NCBI GenBank assembly: GCA_041908845.1
Contig: JAYREN010000001.1
Coordinates: forward strand, 1 to 55,256
Direction of reading: 5' to 3'
Origin: Holophaga sp.
GTDB taxonomy: Bacteria; Acidobacteriota; Holophagae; Holophagales; Holophagaceae
DNA length: 55,256 nt
In this document: piece by piece, positions 39,325 through 47,148 of the stretch
How the letters are laid out: each line of letters begins with the position of its first letter
Numbering within the stretch: the stretch's first letter is position 1
Made by a program: the position numbers and the translations under genes
The notes under the pieces: model-generated
The model's database searches: none
What the model was told of the DNA's origin: nothing
Seen by the model: only the letters and a program-made list of their open reading frames with translations

Positions 39325-40543
39325 TGGGTCGCCACAGCATTTGTTCATAGGCATCTGAGTCTAGAAGCTGCCCTAGATCCAGAGGCGGAATGCCCAGCCC
39401 CGGGTCGGCCGGGGAGACAAGCAGCCTCGGCTTCGTCCCGGAGGATGCCAGAGCGTGTCGCACCCCCTCCGTGACCGCCTCGCCCGGGATCTGCCCAAGG
39501 CAGTGGTGCCCCCCTTGATCGCAGGCCCAATCACAGAAATAGCAGGCCAGGGGGTGACAGACCACCGTCGCCCAGGCACTCACTGGCGCGTAACGCCCAA
39601 AGGCTCCACCGCCAACGAGGACGACATGGGGTACCTTTCGAGCGGCGCAGAGGAAAACCCAGGGCCCCTCTACACCCACCACCACCCTGCACAAGGAAAG
39701 CGTTTCCAGCACCTCGGAAGCAGCGAGCGAACCCCGGAGATCCAGACACCGCGATTTCCCCCACCATGCCACATCTTCCCCAAGCGCTCCACGGCCTCCT
39801 GGCCCTAGGAGAATGACCCCCATGTTCGGATCCGAGTGAAGAATGGGCCCCAGAGACTCACCCCAGGCATGAAAACCTGTCGAATCCCCCGGGCCACACC
39901 ACAGGCCTAGCCAAGCGGATGGTTTTGACCCGCCCTTCGCCCCCAAACGCCTGGCTGAAGATCGGCATGCCTCCTTGCAGACTGGCCATGAAAGTCGCTC
40001 CTCTCCGGGGTCCATTCCTAGGGCCAGGACAAAATGGCGATACCGGTCCGGTTCAGCGTGGGGCGCGTCCAGAAGATCGACGAGGTGCGTATAGAAGCCG
40101 TCCCAGCCATTGGCATCGATTTCATCCTCACCCCGGTTCACTGCTGTCTTCCAGCCAATCCGTTCAGGGGCATCACTGGCCAGAATGGCTATGTCCACAA
40201 GGGCATTTCGTGTGGGAGAGGGCACCAGCGCCAAATCGAATTTTTCTGGCCGGATGGAATTAATCAGCTGTCTCACCGCTATTTCTTCCCAAATCGGGAT
40301 CGCCAGCGCCATCTCCGCGTTTTCCGGAATGGCGATCACGCCATCAATCCCAGGATGGGCCTGGACGGCCCCGAGTTGGCCGGCGGGGACCAGCGCCGTG
40401 ATTTTTGCATTAGGGTGGCGCACCCGAAGCCCATGAAGGAGGCACCCAGCGAGGATTGCCTCGGGCAACCCCAGATTGAGCACCACAAGAATCTTCTGAA
40501 TCGAGTCCGCGGGACGGTGAAAGGGGGCCTTCGGCAATGTCAT
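39314..40543 (-). CDS. GT9-like glycosyltransferase
   Basis: KILVVLNLGLPEAILAGCLLHGLRVRHPNAKITALV is a GT9-type N-terminus. The second Rossmann half contains VGVEGPWVFLCAA. The start overlaps the stop of the upstream gene by 4 nt. Confidence 0.65.
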   Translation of the reverse strand: MTLPKAPFHRPADSIQKILVVLNLGLPEAILAGCLLHGLRVRHPNAKITALVPAGQLGAVQAHPGIDGVIAIPENAEMALAIPIWEEIAVRQLINSIRPEKFDLALVPSPTRNALVDIAILASDAPERIGWKTAVNRGEDEIDANGWDGFYTHLVDLLDAPHAEPDRYRHFVLALGMDPGEERLSWPVCKEACRSSARRLGAKGGSKPSAWLGLWCGPGDSTGFHAWGESLGPILHSDPNMGVILLGPGGRGALGEDVAWWGKSRCLDLRGSLAASEVLETLSLCRVVVGVEGPWVFLCAARKVPHVVLVGGGAFGRYAPVSAWATVVCHPLACYFCDWACDQGGHHCLGQIPGEAVTEGVRHALASSGTKPRLLVSPADPGLGIPPLDLGQLLDSDAYEQMLWRPIRS

Positions 40544-41901
40544 GGGAGCACCTTCGGGGACCGAGGGCAGCCATTCAAGGCCGACTCAAGGCGATTTACG
40601 GCATCAGGAAAGCCGTGTCGCTCACGGATGAAGGCCTTGGCCTGTGCACCCAGGCGAGCAGTCAGAGCGCCATCCTCCCATAGGCGGAGGCAAGCCCGAG
40701 CGAAATCGTCCGGGCTATTGGCGACCAACCCTTGATGCCCATCCTCAAGGCCGCAGGCTAATGCAATTCCTGCAAACGAAACCACCGGCACCCCACACGC
40801 CATGGACTCCATGACCTTCACCTGTTGGCCGGTGCCACCCAGCAGTGGGCAGATCGAAAACCGCGCATCCGCATACAGGGTATCGAGGTCGTCCACAAAG
40901 CCGAGCAGGTCCAAGCCCGGAGTGGGGAGCAAATGCTTGCAAATCGGGCCCGCCACCCGGAGCCGGAAGTCGGGTGCGGAACGCAGGATGATCGGCAGAA
41001 TGTGCTGGACGAAATTGGCGAGCCCCTGAAGATTGAAACAATTCATGGCAGCCAAAAAAATGGGGGCTCCGGCGTATCTATTGGGCAGATCTCGCGGTTC
41101 GAAAACCAGTGGCAGATGGTGGACTCTGGCGGGGGACAGGTGGCGCTGAAAGATCTGACCCTCCCAGTCGGACACGGCAATTGCCAGATCGAACGCATCC
41201 ACTGCGGCAAGTTCCGCCTCCAATCCTTCCACGGTGTCGAGGCGAATGGCCTCCAGGAAACTGTGATGGACCACCCTTGGCGATAGCTTAACTAGGTCGT
41301 ACGGGCCACCCTTGAAGTGGGGATTCAATTGGGCCTGAAGGTGCGCGTTCAGAGATAGCAGATCCTGGCTCAGGAGCACCTTAGTGATGCTGCGCGCAGA
41401 AGGAGAGCACGCGAGAGGCGCCCACTTCGCATAGTTCACGAGCAGCAGGTCTGGCGCTTCCCGTTCTAGAAATGTTTCAAACCAAGTTCGCAGCCCAGGA
41501 GGATTCCATCGGCTCGTTTCAAAATTGGTCTGCCACGAAAACCGAACCGAGCACCAAGCCCAATCCGAACTACGAGGCTCATAGATGTGAACCTTCGCTG
41601 CGAAATCTCGCTCGAAGGCCCTCTTTCGTTCCTCCGTCCAAGGCTCATCGTGAAAGAGTGGGGAGGAAGCCACGGTCAGATCAAAACCCAACGCCTGGAA
41701 CATTCGCACAACTTGACAGAAGTATCTATGTGCTCCAGTTGCACTTGGATATGGACTAAATGGGACGAAGACCACTGCCCGGCCTCGTCTGCGTGACATG
41801 GACACCAGCATATCTCCAGAGAACCAAGGTTGAATTCGACTACTCTGCCACACGGCACGAGACTTGGGTTTCGAATTCCACAGAGGAGGGACCTGATTCA
41901 C
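40540..41901 (-). CDS. GT-B glycosyltransferase (GT4/GT1-like)
   Basis: The C-terminal motif is CPLLGGTGQQVKVMESMACGVPVVS...GLVANSPDDF. The true start may be an internal Met at 41811 or 41799 (MSRRRGRAVVFVPFSPYP). Confidence 0.7.
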   Translation of the reverse strand: MNQVPPLWNSKPKSRAVWQSSRIQPWFSGDMLVSMSRRRGRAVVFVPFSPYPSATGAHRYFCQVVRMFQALGFDLTVASSPLFHDEPWTEERKRAFERDFAAKVHIYEPRSSDWAWCSVRFSWQTNFETSRWNPPGLRTWFETFLEREAPDLLLVNYAKWAPLACSPSARSITKVLLSQDLLSLNAHLQAQLNPHFKGGPYDLVKLSPRVVHHSFLEAIRLDTVEGLEAELAAVDAFDLAIAVSDWEGQIFQRHLSPARVHHLPLVFEPRDLPNRYAGAPIFLAAMNCFNLQGLANFVQHILPIILRSAPDFRLRVAGPICKHLLPTPGLDLLGFVDDLDTLYADARFSICPLLGGTGQQVKVMESMACGVPVVSFAGIALACGLEDGHQGLVANSPDDFARACLRLWEDGALTARLGAQAKAFIRERHGFPDAVNRLESALNGCPRSPKVLP

Positions 41902-41958
41902 CTAGCGAATTCGAGCTAGGATTGGGGATCTGCCAGACAGCTGAATAAAGGGGATCAT

Positions 41959-44118
41959 GTGAGGATCGAGCGCATTGTTTTAACGGGCGATTTCTTCCGG
42001 ACTTCGGATCACCGCGAGCCAAACCAACTCGGCAACGTCTTCAGGTTGCACGGTCTGATTTCAAAAGCGTTGGTCAAAGCAACGGGCATCCAGCCGACCG
42101 TCTGGTTCGGGCAGGAATATCCACTGGGCAGGTGTGAAGGGCAAGGGACTCCTGTGCCGGAGGAATATTTCCGGGCAATGTACAGAACCCCCAGTTTGTT
42201 GTCATGGATTGACACCTTCTTCAAGGAACCAACGGATGCCCTCCTGGAGGCATTGGCGCCCGCATTTGACGGATCCCTGGTCATTGCCTTCGAGTTGTCC
42301 CCCTTACTCGAACGCACACTGGATCGGCTTGGAGTCCCGTGGATCGACATCTTGTGGAGCCCCATACGGTTCCTCCCGGATCTAGCCTTCTCCTTCAGAA
42401 GCTCTCGCCACGTTGACCTTTCCCGTTGTGGCAACCATTGGCTGAAGAGAGGGCATTTGGACCTGGCCGTGGAACACCTCCGCGATTACTACAGCAAGAC
42501 CCCTTGCCTCCGTGGAGATGATCTTGTCTTTTTCGCACAGACCAACGTGGACCGAACCCTCCTGACGCCCCAGGGGCTCTATGCCATCGAAGATGCCGTC
42601 AGCGGCATCTTGGAGCGGTTGGGGGACCGGAAACTCTGGATCAAACCCCACCCGCTTCAGTTAGACAATCCCATCCTTTCTCTCCTGAAAGACAAGGCAC
42701 GGGGCGAGTTGATCCCCGATTCCACCTACGCCCTCCTGGCCTCCGATGTCCCCCTCGAGGTCGTCACCATTTCATCCTCCGTCGCCCATGAGGCGCGGCT
42801 TTTCGGGAAGAAGGTCACCACCTTCAACAGCCATTTCCTCGACCACGTCTATGACGGGCCGATGAGCCTGAACGACTGCTGCACTCCGCCCTTCTGGTCG
42901 CGACTGCTCCAGCCGCTCCTCCCAGTACAGGAAACACCGGAAGAGGAGCCCCTGGCGCCCGTTTCTCCGAACGTCGTCCGCAGAATAGTTGGGTTTTACG
43001 GTCTGGACCAGGCCGTTTGGGGAGATGATCGCCCTGCGGATGTGGATGGCTTGGCCGAACTGTTCTCGAAGGTGGAGGCATTCCTCGAGCTCAGACAGAT
43101 CGAGACTGCAGAAACGCTCGTTCAGGAGAGACTGGAACAAGGCATCGAGGCAGAACGCCTGTGCCTGTCTGTTGCCCTAGGGAACATCCAACTCCAGAAG
43201 GCGGATCCGAACCAGGGGCTTGAGCTTTTCCTTCGTCTGGTCGTGGAGTTCTCGGACGATTCGATCGTCTATGTGAACCTTTGCGGCGCCTTCCTGCAAT
43301 GTGGACAGACGGATTCCGCCAACGCCTGGCTGAAAATCGCCCAGAAAAAGTTCCCGAAGGATCCTGATCTTGCGCAACTCGCCCAATCCTTCCCCGAGGC
43401 CATCTCGAAGGTCCAAACAGAGGATCGGCTCTTCTGGATGGACAAGTATCATGCATGGGAAAAATCCATGCGGACTCATGCCGGTCAGGCCTTCTCGACC
43501 AGGACCCTTCGCAGGATCGAGGCCTACCTGCCCGAACAGGTGGAGTGTTCCGTTGAGACAGGATGCGGAAAATCCACGATCCTGTTTTCTAATCTATCCA
43601 AACACCACAAGGTTTTCGCCTTGGATGACCGTTCCCTGGCGGAGCAGTCCTCGGTCCTCTTCTTCCAGGATTGCCCCATCAGCAGGCCCGAGCGCGTGGA
43701 GTTCATTTATGGACCCACCCAGCGCACGCTACCGCCCTACGCCGAGCACGGCCTGTACGATGTAATTCTCCTGGATGGGCCTCACGGCTACCCTTTCCCG
43801 GAGCTGGAGTACCTCTGCCTGTTCCCGCATCTCAAAAAGGGGGGAATCCTGATCGTGGATGATGTCCAGATCCCCACCATCGGGCGCCTAGGAGACTTCC
43901 TGGCGGAAGACGAGATGTTCGAGCCCTTGGCGTTGGTCGAAGGCACAGCGCTTTTCCGTCGGACAGAGGCCCCGACCTTTGACTCCTGCGGCGACGGCTG
44001 GTGGACTCAGCGCTACAACCGGCGTCGCATCTCACCCAAGCGCCCCTTTTTCCTCCAGGACGGCCCCGTAGCTGATCACTTTTCTCCGAGGAAACTCGAC
44101 GAAAAGCTGAATCCCTAA
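41959..44118 (+). CDS. Three-module enzyme: Capsule_synth(KpsC/KpsS)-like glycosyltransferase N-domain, TPR middle, class I SAM-methyltransferase C-domain
   Basis: The start is GTG 41959, after AAAGGGGA. The N-domain has LVFFAQTNVDRTLL and LWIKPHPLQ. The TPR-like segment is near residues 370-480. The C-domain has VETGCGKST (SAM motif I) and VILLDGPHGYPFPE...GGILIVDDV. Confidence 0.65.
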   Translation: MRIERIVLTGDFFRTSDHREPNQLGNVFRLHGLISKALVKATGIQPTVWFGQEYPLGRCEGQGTPVPEEYFRAMYRTPSLLSWIDTFFKEPTDALLEALAPAFDGSLVIAFELSPLLERTLDRLGVPWIDILWSPIRFLPDLAFSFRSSRHVDLSRCGNHWLKRGHLDLAVEHLRDYYSKTPCLRGDDLVFFAQTNVDRTLLTPQGLYAIEDAVSGILERLGDRKLWIKPHPLQLDNPILSLLKDKARGELIPDSTYALLASDVPLEVVTISSSVAHEARLFGKKVTTFNSHFLDHVYDGPMSLNDCCTPPFWSRLLQPLLPVQETPEEEPLAPVSPNVVRRIVGFYGLDQAVWGDDRPADVDGLAELFSKVEAFLELRQIETAETLVQERLEQGIEAERLCLSVALGNIQLQKADPNQGLELFLRLVVEFSDDSIVYVNLCGAFLQCGQTDSANAWLKIAQKKFPKDPDLAQLAQSFPEAISKVQTEDRLFWMDKYHAWEKSMRTHAGQAFSTRTLRRIEAYLPEQVECSVETGCGKSTILFSNLSKHHKVFALDDRSLAEQSSVLFFQDCPISRPERVEFIYGPTQRTLPPYAEHGLYDVILLDGPHGYPFPELEYLCLFPHLKKGGILIVDDVQIPTIGRLGDFLAEDEMFEPLALVEGTALFRRTEAPTFDSCGDGWWTQRYNRRRISPKRPFFLQDGPVADHFSPRKLDEKLNP

Positions 44119-44135
44119 GGCAATCGGGTGCGCTC

Positions 44136-45794
44136 CTATTCCAACGGGGGTGGTTCGAACCCCGATTCCACAACGGGTAAGTCCACGACACCTGCCGGAT
44201 GGTCCCCGTCGAACCCCTGATGTGCCTGAAACGGGAAGAAGGCCCCCAAGCGATCGAGGTCGCCCTCATTGTGCGTCAGTTCTGGCAGCGAAAACCTCTG
44301 GTAACGCCCTATCAGGGCGAGACAGTACCCGCAGCGCACCATCTCGACTTTTCGGCAGTCCACGCCGAGGCGGACTAGGTTGTAGAGCATCAAGCCTAAA
44401 TTGAACACGTGGACATGGCCGCTGACCACCTCGGGCTTAGGGGGGGGCCAGATCAGGCAGAAGGCCCCCCCGGGACGGAGGCAGGAAAAGAACCGTCGCA
44501 GAAATCGCTCTGTGTCTGGGACGTGCTCGATGGTGTGGGAGCTGTAGACAGCATCATAGGTGTCTGGGAGTTGGACTCCCAAGAAGTCCCCAACAAGGTA
44601 GTTGGCGGCGGATCCGGAATACCCCGCCATCACCACTTCCTTAGGGACTAGGTCCACGCCCGTGACGACCATTCCCTTCTCGAAGAATTGACGCCATACG
44701 GGACCTGATCCGCAGCCGATATCCAGGATGGAGGATGCCTCGTACCGCTCGACAAAATACCGGGTCACCTCATCTCGGCCGCCGATGGGTTTTCCCAAAT
44801 CGAAGTGACGCCCGGACTGCTTTTGATGGTGTGGGGACGAGGGCGTCATGGGGCTAGGCTCTAGGACTTCCATGAGCAGGCACACCTCCTCATTCTCCGG
44901 CGCCAACGCGTAAGCCGTGCAGGCGGCTGCGCCGGCCTCATCAAGTTGCCCGGCCCGGAGAAAGGCGCCTCCGAGATTCACGAGCACAAGAGGATCGCTT
45001 GGAAAGTCCCCGGCAAGGCCCTTGAGGATTTCAATCGCCTGTAGGACCTCATCCTGAACCAGCAGGACATTCGCTCGGGCGAGGCGCAGCAAACGGTCTC
45101 CAGGATTGTGTCGGAGCCCCTCACCAAGCGTCTCCTGTGCTTCTTCCAGAGCCTCCGAATTCAGAAGGCTTTGGGCCACGGCAAGCACCTGCTCGACTTC
45201 AAACGAAGCCGGGAGGGGTCGTCCCTTGGTGAAGACAGCTATCTCCCGAGCTGGATCACCCAGGCGTAGCTCTACACGCTCGAGACGATACCTGGCATCG
45301 ACGTCCCGAAGGAGCGCCAACCATTTCCCGGGGGGCATGATGCTCAAGTGGCTGTGGCCGTCGTCGTAGCAGGCGATCTTGTGGAAGGCCATGGCGCTCA
45401 GGGAATCGATCCTGCGAAGAATCTCCGGCAGCGTTTCGGGCGCCAGGTGCTCGAGGAAGTCAGCGCTGACAACCAAATCTGGCTGGCCAACCGGAAGCTC
45501 CCGGTACATGTCCACCCGCTGAAAGGACACGTTGGAATTCCTGGATATCACTTCCCGGATGCGGGGAGAGACGGCCCAGTCGCATCCTGTAACACACCTG
45601 AAAAAGGGCGCGGCCAATTCGATGAACCTGCCGTTCCCGCAGGCAATTTCAAGGAGCGATTCCGCCCCGAATGCCCGGATCTGATCGAGCTCCTCCAGCA
45701 ACCAATTGTTGGCCTGATAACTGGCTTCCTCCTCATGGAGTCGCTGGTAGTAGGCTGCATCTCGAAGAGGATATGGAGGTTCCGGGAGCTTCAT
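44136..45794 (-). CDS. Dual SAM-dependent methyltransferase with central TPR segment
   Basis: The N-terminal methyltransferase has LLEIACGNGRF...VVSADFLEHL. The central part is TPR-like helices. The C-terminal methyltransferase has ILDIGCGSGPVW...YDAVYSSHTIEHV...LRPGGAF. Confidence 0.75.
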   Translation of the reverse strand: MKLPEPPYPLRDAAYYQRLHEEEASYQANNWLLEELDQIRAFGAESLLEIACGNGRFIELAAPFFRCVTGCDWAVSPRIREVISRNSNVSFQRVDMYRELPVGQPDLVVSADFLEHLAPETLPEILRRIDSLSAMAFHKIACYDDGHSHLSIMPPGKWLALLRDVDARYRLERVELRLGDPAREIAVFTKGRPLPASFEVEQVLAVAQSLLNSEALEEAQETLGEGLRHNPGDRLLRLARANVLLVQDEVLQAIEILKGLAGDFPSDPLVLVNLGGAFLRAGQLDEAGAAACTAYALAPENEEVCLLMEVLEPSPMTPSSPHHQKQSGRHFDLGKPIGGRDEVTRYFVERYEASSILDIGCGSGPVWRQFFEKGMVVTGVDLVPKEVVMAGYSGSAANYLVGDFLGVQLPDTYDAVYSSHTIEHVPDTERFLRRFFSCLRPGGAFCLIWPPPKPEVVSGHVHVFNLGLMLYNLVRLGVDCRKVEMVRCGYCLALIGRYQRFSLPELTHNEGDLDRLGAFFPFQAHQGFDGDHPAGVVDLPVVESGFEPPPLE

Positions 45795-45917
45795 GGTCGA
45801 CTCCGCATACTGGCGATGATTCCAGCACCAGATGGCGAAATCGAGAAGTCCGGCTTTAGCCTCAAAAATAATTTACTACATTTGTTTGCAACGTTTAAAT
45901 AATTTTCAAAAAACCCC

Positions 45918-45945
45918 TAAAGAACAGCCCCACCCCACCCGAAAA
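45918..45945 (+). promoter_or_regulatory. Sigma-28 (FliA)-like promoter candidate for the flagellin gene
   Basis: TAAAGAAC-N-CCCGAAAA compares with the consensus TAAA-N15-GCCGATAA. Here the -35 TAAAG is intact, the spacer is 16 nt and the -10 matches 6 of 8. An AT-rich tract lies immediately upstream (45845-45915). Confidence 0.4.
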
Positions 45946-45978
45946 GGTTTAGGTCGGGGGCTCCCCCCAACCAAACCC

Positions 45979-46017
45979 GGCAGCACGGATGCTGCCAAGG
46001 CACATCACGGAGGATGT
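45979..46017 (+). promoter_or_regulatory. Two GGA-loop hairpins in the flagellin 5' leader (candidate CsrA binding sites; the second sequesters the SD)
   Basis: Hairpin 1 is GGCAGCA-CGGA-TGCTGCC (45979-45996). Hairpin 2 is ACATC-ACGGAG-GATGT (46002-46017), which contains the GGAGGA SD just before ATG 46019. Confidence 0.55.
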
Positions 46018-46018
46018 C

Positions 46019-46672
46019 ATGCCTTCTATTCTCAATAACGTTGCGGCTCTCACCGCCACCCGTCAGCTGGGTATCACCTCGATCGGCATGAGGCAGACCA
46101 TCGAGCGCCTCACCACCGGCAAGCGCATCAATCACGCTTCCGATGACGCCGCGGGCCTGGCGAACGCCAACAGCTATCTGGCTGATTCCAAGGTCGCCAC
46201 CGAGCGTCGCAAGCTCGCCACCCAGGACTACTACGCGGCTGCGGCTGATGATGGTTACCTGGATGAGGCTACCAACCTGATCATGCGCACCATGGAACTG
46301 GCCGCCGGTGGCAACGCCTCCGCCGCTGAAATGGCGTCGGTTTCCGCCCTGGCCATTGCTGCTGCCGCCAAAACTAGCGCCGCCACTTCTGTATCGGCCA
46401 TTACCGACCTAGCCTCGGCTTCCACCGCTCTGGGCGTGGTCAACACGGCCCGCAGCACCATCGCGGCCACCATGGCCGAGGCTCTGAGCAACGCCAACCT
46501 CTACGGTATCGAGGCTGAAGCCAAGACCGCCCAGATGAGCAACATCATGGATGCCGATATGGGCGCCGAGGTGGTGAGCCTCACCAAGTGGCAGATCCTG
46601 AGCCAGTCGGGCACCAGTGCGCTGACCAACGCGAATCAGGCGAGTCAGACCGTACTCGGTCTCCTCCGGTAG
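46019..46672 (+). CDS. fliC: Flagellin, unusually short (217 aa)
   Basis: The N-terminus is MPSILNNVAALTATRQLGITSIGMRQTIERLTTGKRINHASDDAAGLA. The C-terminus is IMDADMGAEVVSLTKWQILSQSGTSALTNANQASQTVLGLLR. The upstream part of track ORF 45989.. was discarded. Confidence 0.92.
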   Translation: MPSILNNVAALTATRQLGITSIGMRQTIERLTTGKRINHASDDAAGLANANSYLADSKVATERRKLATQDYYAAAADDGYLDEATNLIMRTMELAAGGNASAAEMASVSALAIAAAAKTSAATSVSAITDLASASTALGVVNTARSTIAATMAEALSNANLYGIEAEAKTAQMSNIMDADMGAEVVSLTKWQILSQSGTSALTNANQASQTVLGLLR

Positions 46673-46689
46673 TCGGGTTTTATGATGCG

Positions 46690-46722
46690 CCGTAGGGGAC
46701 GGGCCTGGCTCGTCCCCTACGG
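46690..46722 (+). terminator. 12-bp perfect stem-loop between flagellin and flaG (attenuator or mRNA-stabilising hairpin; weak U-tract)
   Basis: CCGTAGGGGACG-ggcctggct-CGTCCCCTACGG lies 18 nt after the flagellin stop. The AAGGAG RBS of flaG follows. Confidence 0.5.
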
Positions 46723-46743
46723 TGTCTCATAAGGAGACCTCCC

Positions 46744-47130
46744 ATGACCGATCAAGTGAACCCTCTGGGTGGCTTGGTTGCGGGAATGGCGAAGACTATC
46801 CCGGTCGCTTCCCCTGTTCCCTTCAAGCCTCCCCCCAAACCTGCCGAAGCCCGGGCCCCAAGCCCGGAAAGGCGGGACCAAGGTGTGTCCAAGGAAAGCC
46901 TGGAAGCCGCCGCCACCGACGTTCAGGACTACTTCCAGCAGGTGCCCACGGATATCAAGTTCGTGGTGGATAAGGCTACGGGCACCTACTACTTCAAGAT
47001 CATCGATCCTGAGACCCGGGAGATCATCCGCCAAGTGCCATCCGAAGAAGTGTTGGCCATGGCCCGGAAACTGCGGGAACTTAGCAACTCCCGGAATGCC
47101 TCCGGCGTGCTCATGGACAAGGAAGGCTGA
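46744..47130 (+). CDS. flaG: Flagellar protein FlaG
   Basis: The 128-aa product has the conserved FlaG C-terminal block IKFVVDKATGTYYFKIIDPETREIIRQVPSEEVLAMARKL. It lies between flagellin and fliD. Confidence 0.88.
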   Translation: MTDQVNPLGGLVAGMAKTIPVASPVPFKPPPKPAEARAPSPERRDQGVSKESLEAAATDVQDYFQQVPTDIKFVVDKATGTYYFKIIDPETREIIRQVPSEEVLAMARKLRELSNSRNASGVLMDKEG

Positions 47131-47148
47131 GGCCTGAGGGGGTTTGCC

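Noticed and set aside
44145-44175. tRNA T-arm-like string GGTGGTTCGAACCCCGATTCC.
   Set aside because: No acceptor, D or anticodon arms can be folded around it. It lies within the 3' end of the dual methyltransferase CDS.
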